Below, piece by piece: positions 8,347-11,759 of a stretch of 11,759 nucleotides of DNA. Position numbers and translations under genes: made by a program. Origin of the DNA: Ascoidea asiatica JCM 7603 (taxonomy: Eukaryota; Fungi; Ascomycota). The stretch is from positions 122,159 through 133,917 of the forward strand of contig BCKQ01000005.1 in the NCBI GenBank assembly GCA_001600695.1, written 5' to 3'. How positions within the stretch are numbered: position 1 is the first letter of the stretch; every line of letters starts with the position of its first letter. The notes under the pieces were generated by a model, which was not told where the DNA came from, ran no database searches, and saw only the letters and a list, made by a program, of their open reading frames with translations.

Positions 8347-10320
8347 TCAATCCATTTGATCATATAATTTTTGAAGATCATAATTCTCTCTCCAATACTT
8401 CCCTCTTTTTTTTAAAATTATCATTGGAATTGCACAAACGGTAACCAATCCTGCGACAATAGTATATAGCGGACCAGCTCCAATAGCTTTAATTAATGGT
8501 TCTGATATAAAAGACCCAATAGTAGCCATGCTTTGACGTAATAAATTGTTTAATGCAATTCCGGTAGCACCCCTTCCTGGAAGTGAATCCACAATATATG
8601 TAATCGTGAAAGAAACGGTAAGCATATTTGCAATTCCAAATAAAAACGTCCCCACAAGTGGAGCTACCCAAACTGTTTTTTTTTCAAAACACCAACCAGT
8701 AATCAAAAGTGCAACGGGATATAATATAACTGCAAGAAGTAAATTATATGACAACCTAGCTTCTGGGGCTAAAAAGCCATATTTCTTTTGATAATCTTTT
8801 AATAATTTATCAACCCATTTACCTCCAACATATGATGCAATTATATAACCGGCCGAATTTGGAATATACATCAAACCAACAATAATTGAAGAAAAAGAAT
8901 ATGGCTCTTTAGAGTAAATATTTGAAAGAGCCATATTATTTATATAAGTAGGTAAAAAAGAAAAAGAAGAATATAATATGGCTAAAAGTACCGGAGGATA
9001 TTTGAAAAATACAACTGCCTTTAATGGGGAATAAAAAAAGTATAAAGCTGAGTTAAATTTATTGATTTTATTATGTGATTTATTTTCAGAAACATGAGAC
9101 TCAACAATTGTTTTATATTTTCTTAAATCTGAATTTCTTATAGATATTTCACTATTGAAGTTGGAGGATGTTCTAGTTATTGCTTGACCTGCAAATAAAT
9201 CAATGGGAATATCATCTTCATCGTTGATATTTCTGCTAGTATGTGTCAAAACATTGGTTAAAACTCTTTCAATCTCTCTTGGGTTCAAATTTTGATCAAT
9301 ATCATTATCATGATCAATTTTATCACTAATACTATCATGACTAGTTGTACCAACACCAGTATCAATATTAGAAACTATATCAAAATCAGAATTCATAGTA
9401 TTAGTTCTATCGATATTGATGACGATGTTGTTGTTGTTGTTCTCAATAATATTATTAGCTGATTTTTTTGTCTTTTGAGCTTCTTCATCGAATGTTAAAT
9501 CTTTTTCAATATTAATTCTTCTAGATTTCAAAATTTCTGCAATTGCTGATTTACTTTCTTGTCTTCTAAGTGTTTCCGGTAAAAAAAAAATGATCATTAT
9601 ATTAATACAAAAAGCAAAAATAACCAAGAACCATTGAGTACCTCTGAATCCCCATCTTAAAGATATAGCCCCACCAATTATTGGAGATAAAAAGGGTGCA
9701 ACTAAAGTCCCAAGATAAAAAAAACCCATTGCAGTTCCTCTTTCGGTTGGAGCAAATAAATCTGCTATTGAACCAGCACCAACACTTTGAACAGAACTAG
9801 AAGAAGCTCCACATAAAATTCTGAATCCCATTAGCATACCTATTGAGGTTGAAAGTGCACAACCTATTGAAAAAAACATAAAAAGAGTAAAAGATATAAT
9901 ATATATTGATCTTCTACCGAATTTTTCACTAAAAGAAGACCACCAAAGAGGAAAGATTCCTAAGGACAAAAGGTAAATACCAACAGATATATTAACTAAA
10001 GAAGTCGAAGTATGAAGAGTTTTATCAATATTATCTATAGATGGTAATAAAATTGAAGTTCCCATTGGACCAATTATAGAAGCAGAAGCTACTATCGAAA
10101 GAATTAAATTTTTCATGCTTTTTGAATAATTTCTAGGATCTTTGTATTCTGGGACAAGTAATAAAGTTTTAGCGAAAAATCCCCTTCTATCTTTTCTTAA
10201 AATTATTGTATCATCAAAAGTATTAGTATTTTGAACATTCTTAGAAATTGGACTTGAAATTTTCTTATTATCAACAGGGGATATAGGGTTTGAATCGTTG
10301 TTAGTTGTATGAGTAGGCAT
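8347..10320 (-). CDS. QDR3: MFS drug:H+ antiporter, DHA1 family, Qdr3-like; 657 aa from ATG 10320
   Basis: GPMGTSI, VNISVGIYLLSLGIFPLWWSSFSEKFGRR, SVQSVGAGSIADLF..ERG, LPETLRRQ, PEARL; two TM bundles with a long central loop, matching Qdr3 as I recall it. The ORF track start at 10329 is TTG; the first ATG is at 10320. Confidence 0.88.
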   Translation of the reverse strand: MPTHTTNNDSNPISPVDNKKISSPISKNVQNTNTFDDTIILRKDRRGFFAKTLLLVPEYKDPRNYSKSMKNLILSIVASASIIGPMGTSILLPSIDNIDKTLHTSTSLVNISVGIYLLSLGIFPLWWSSFSEKFGRRSIYIISFTLFMFFSIGCALSTSIGMLMGFRILCGASSSSVQSVGAGSIADLFAPTERGTAMGFFYLGTLVAPFLSPIIGGAISLRWGFRGTQWFLVIFAFCINIMIIFFLPETLRRQESKSAIAEILKSRRINIEKDLTFDEEAQKTKKSANNIIENNNNNIVINIDRTNTMNSDFDIVSNIDTGVGTTSHDSISDKIDHDNDIDQNLNPREIERVLTNVLTHTSRNINDEDDIPIDLFAGQAITRTSSNFNSEISIRNSDLRKYKTIVESHVSENKSHNKINKFNSALYFFYSPLKAVVFFKYPPVLLAILYSSFSFLPTYINNMALSNIYSKEPYSFSSIIVGLMYIPNSAGYIIASYVGGKWVDKLLKDYQKKYGFLAPEARLSYNLLLAVILYPVALLITGWCFEKKTVWVAPLVGTFLFGIANMLTVSFTITYIVDSLPGRGATGIALNNLLRQSMATIGSFISEPLIKAIGAGPLYTIVAGLVTVCAIPMIILKKRGKYWRENYDLQKLYDQMD

Positions 10321-11261
10321 TAAATTCAAAGCAAAAATTAATTAACAATAACTTAATTTTAAAATTATTGGCAAATCCATTATATGAATTTAAATAAATT
10401 AATAAAAAAAAGAAGCAAGTTAACTCTTTATAAGGAAATTAATAAAATATTCAAGAAAGTAAATATGATAATTAATATTATTACATTTGCTAAATAATTT
10501 CACCTCAATCGAATTATTCCAGTATAGCCAATAGAAGCAAAAAAAAAAATTGAGATTTCAAACAGAAAAATAAAAGATTTAACTTAGATATTAGATTTGA
10601 TATTCAAATGACGATTTATGATAGTAAAATAAAAACAAATTGTTTTTGGAAGATAAATTTATTATTAAATTGAGAAACAAAACTTTACTTTTCATAAGAG
10701 TGACAAAATATTTCAAAAAAGAAAAAATCCGACAAAACCTCGGAATTTATTTCAAAATAGATGAAAAGAGAAAAAAAACGAATTTAAGAAACAAAACATG
10801 TGATAATTTTACAGCAAACAAACCAAGTATGGCTTTTCGGGTTAATAATCATGGACAAATCGAGGGTAAGTTGGTCGAGAAGCAGCAGAACTTTCAGAGT
10901 GAAGCTGAGTCAAAGACACCGCCGGGCGAACAGCTTTTCGTTAGGATTGGAATATTTATCAGAAAAGGCCTCACCGGAATTAGATAAAATATAATAGGAA
11001 ATTAGCGGCAACTCACCATTTTGGTAACTTAACCGATAATTCCCTTCTTTTTCCCAAAAAATTAACCGCCAGCTACTGGTAAATACCAATACACGATATA
11101 TTGAGTATTTTGAAAAACAAGGTTCTATGTTGATTATAAAAAACGTGATTTATTCTGACAGGTATAGGTTTTTAATCATTGGGAATATCTTTAAAATCCG
11201 AGAAAGATAGAAATTTTATTTTGTTGTTCCCAGAACAACTCAACTACAATGATTACCCTGA

Positions 11262-11290
11262 GACTTAGGACTCCTAAGTCACTTAGGAGT
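11262..11290. repeat. Overlapping double palindrome; candidate hAT excision footprint
   Basis: GACTTAGGA-C-TCCTAAGTC (11262-11280) overlaps ACTCCTAAGT-C-ACTTAGGAGT (11270-11290). ACTTAGGA is directly repeated at 11263 and 11281 with its reverse complement between. Confidence 0.7.
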
Positions 11291-11514
11291 AACGCAATTT
11301 AACCACTTGTTTTGACCCCAGTACTCATTCGATTTACTCATTTTTGCCCCTCAAAAAAACGAAATTCCAAACAAATTTTGTTAACAAAACATAGTCCTTT
11401 TCTAAAAAAAAAATTAACCTCCATACTATTTTAGTAGAAATGTGTTCATATTTACTTGAAAATATTCTAATTTAGGAACGTAAAATTACACTTTTACTCG
11501 CTTTTACCTGAGAA

Positions 11515-11759
11515 ATACTAAGTGAAGACACATCATCTCTTTTTGAAGACACAACATCTCTATTTGCAAATATTTTCAGCCTCGTAACGGCGCGTATTTA
11601 CTTTATTAGGAAATATAAGGCGTAGCAACTTTTAAAACAAAATTATATTGACATTTAGCTATTTATCCGTACCATGGAATATATCCTCTCCAAAATCCAT
11701 TTTCGCATAAATAATTGTGGGCCTTTAAACAATAAAAGAGGCCCACCTCAAACAAATGA
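11515..11759 (-). repeat. Right copy of the long inverted repeat, truncated by the window end
   Basis: Reverse complement of 110-354 with one mismatch; identity continues to the last base of the window. Confidence 0.97.

Noticed and set aside
709-8791. Short ORFs 709-900, 4518-4751, 4806-5075, 8489-8671 and 8546-8791
   Set aside because: All lie inside well-supported genes, antisense or out of frame, with no recognisable motifs.
10640-10994. 115-aa and 64-aa overlapping ORFs
   Set aside because: Non-ATG starts in the track, composition driven by A-tracts, and no transposase, recombinase, HMG or homeodomain motifs.
11223-11239. Small hairpins GTTGTTC-CCA-GAACAAC here and TATCAC-N7-GTGATA at 352-370
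   Set aside because: Stems of 6-7 bp are expected by chance in 12 kb of AT-rich DNA.
110-11759. Flip/flop MAT locus, or one autonomous transposon bounded by the inverted repeats
   Set aside because: No MATa/MATalpha, SLA2 or transposase gene between the repeats; the four genes are intact ordinary host genes. The outer ends and any TSD are not visible.

Overview
AT-rich nuclear DNA from a budding yeast (Saccharomycotina), judged from the gene set and a yeast-type intron. It holds four intact genes: UBC8 (minus strand, with a 92-nt 5' intron missed by the ORF track), mitochondrial isoleucyl-tRNA synthetase ISM1 (+), MBOAT acyltransferase GUP1 (-) and the DHA1/MFS transporter QDR3 (-). The non-coding DNA has three notable features. 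(1) The ~11.2-kb gene block is bracketed by a 245-bp inverted repeat (110-354 vs 11515-11759, 244/245 identical) that runs off the right edge of the window. (2) A 346-bp non-autonomous hAT-type element (MITE) with TIRs, an 8-bp TSD, subterminal CCTAAC repeats and three CACGTG boxes lies upstream of GUP1. (3) A 29-bp double palindrome at 11262-11290 looks like a hAT excision footprint. No transposase or recombinase is encoded in the window. All gene calls are by recognition of motifs and remembered orthologue sequences, with no database search.
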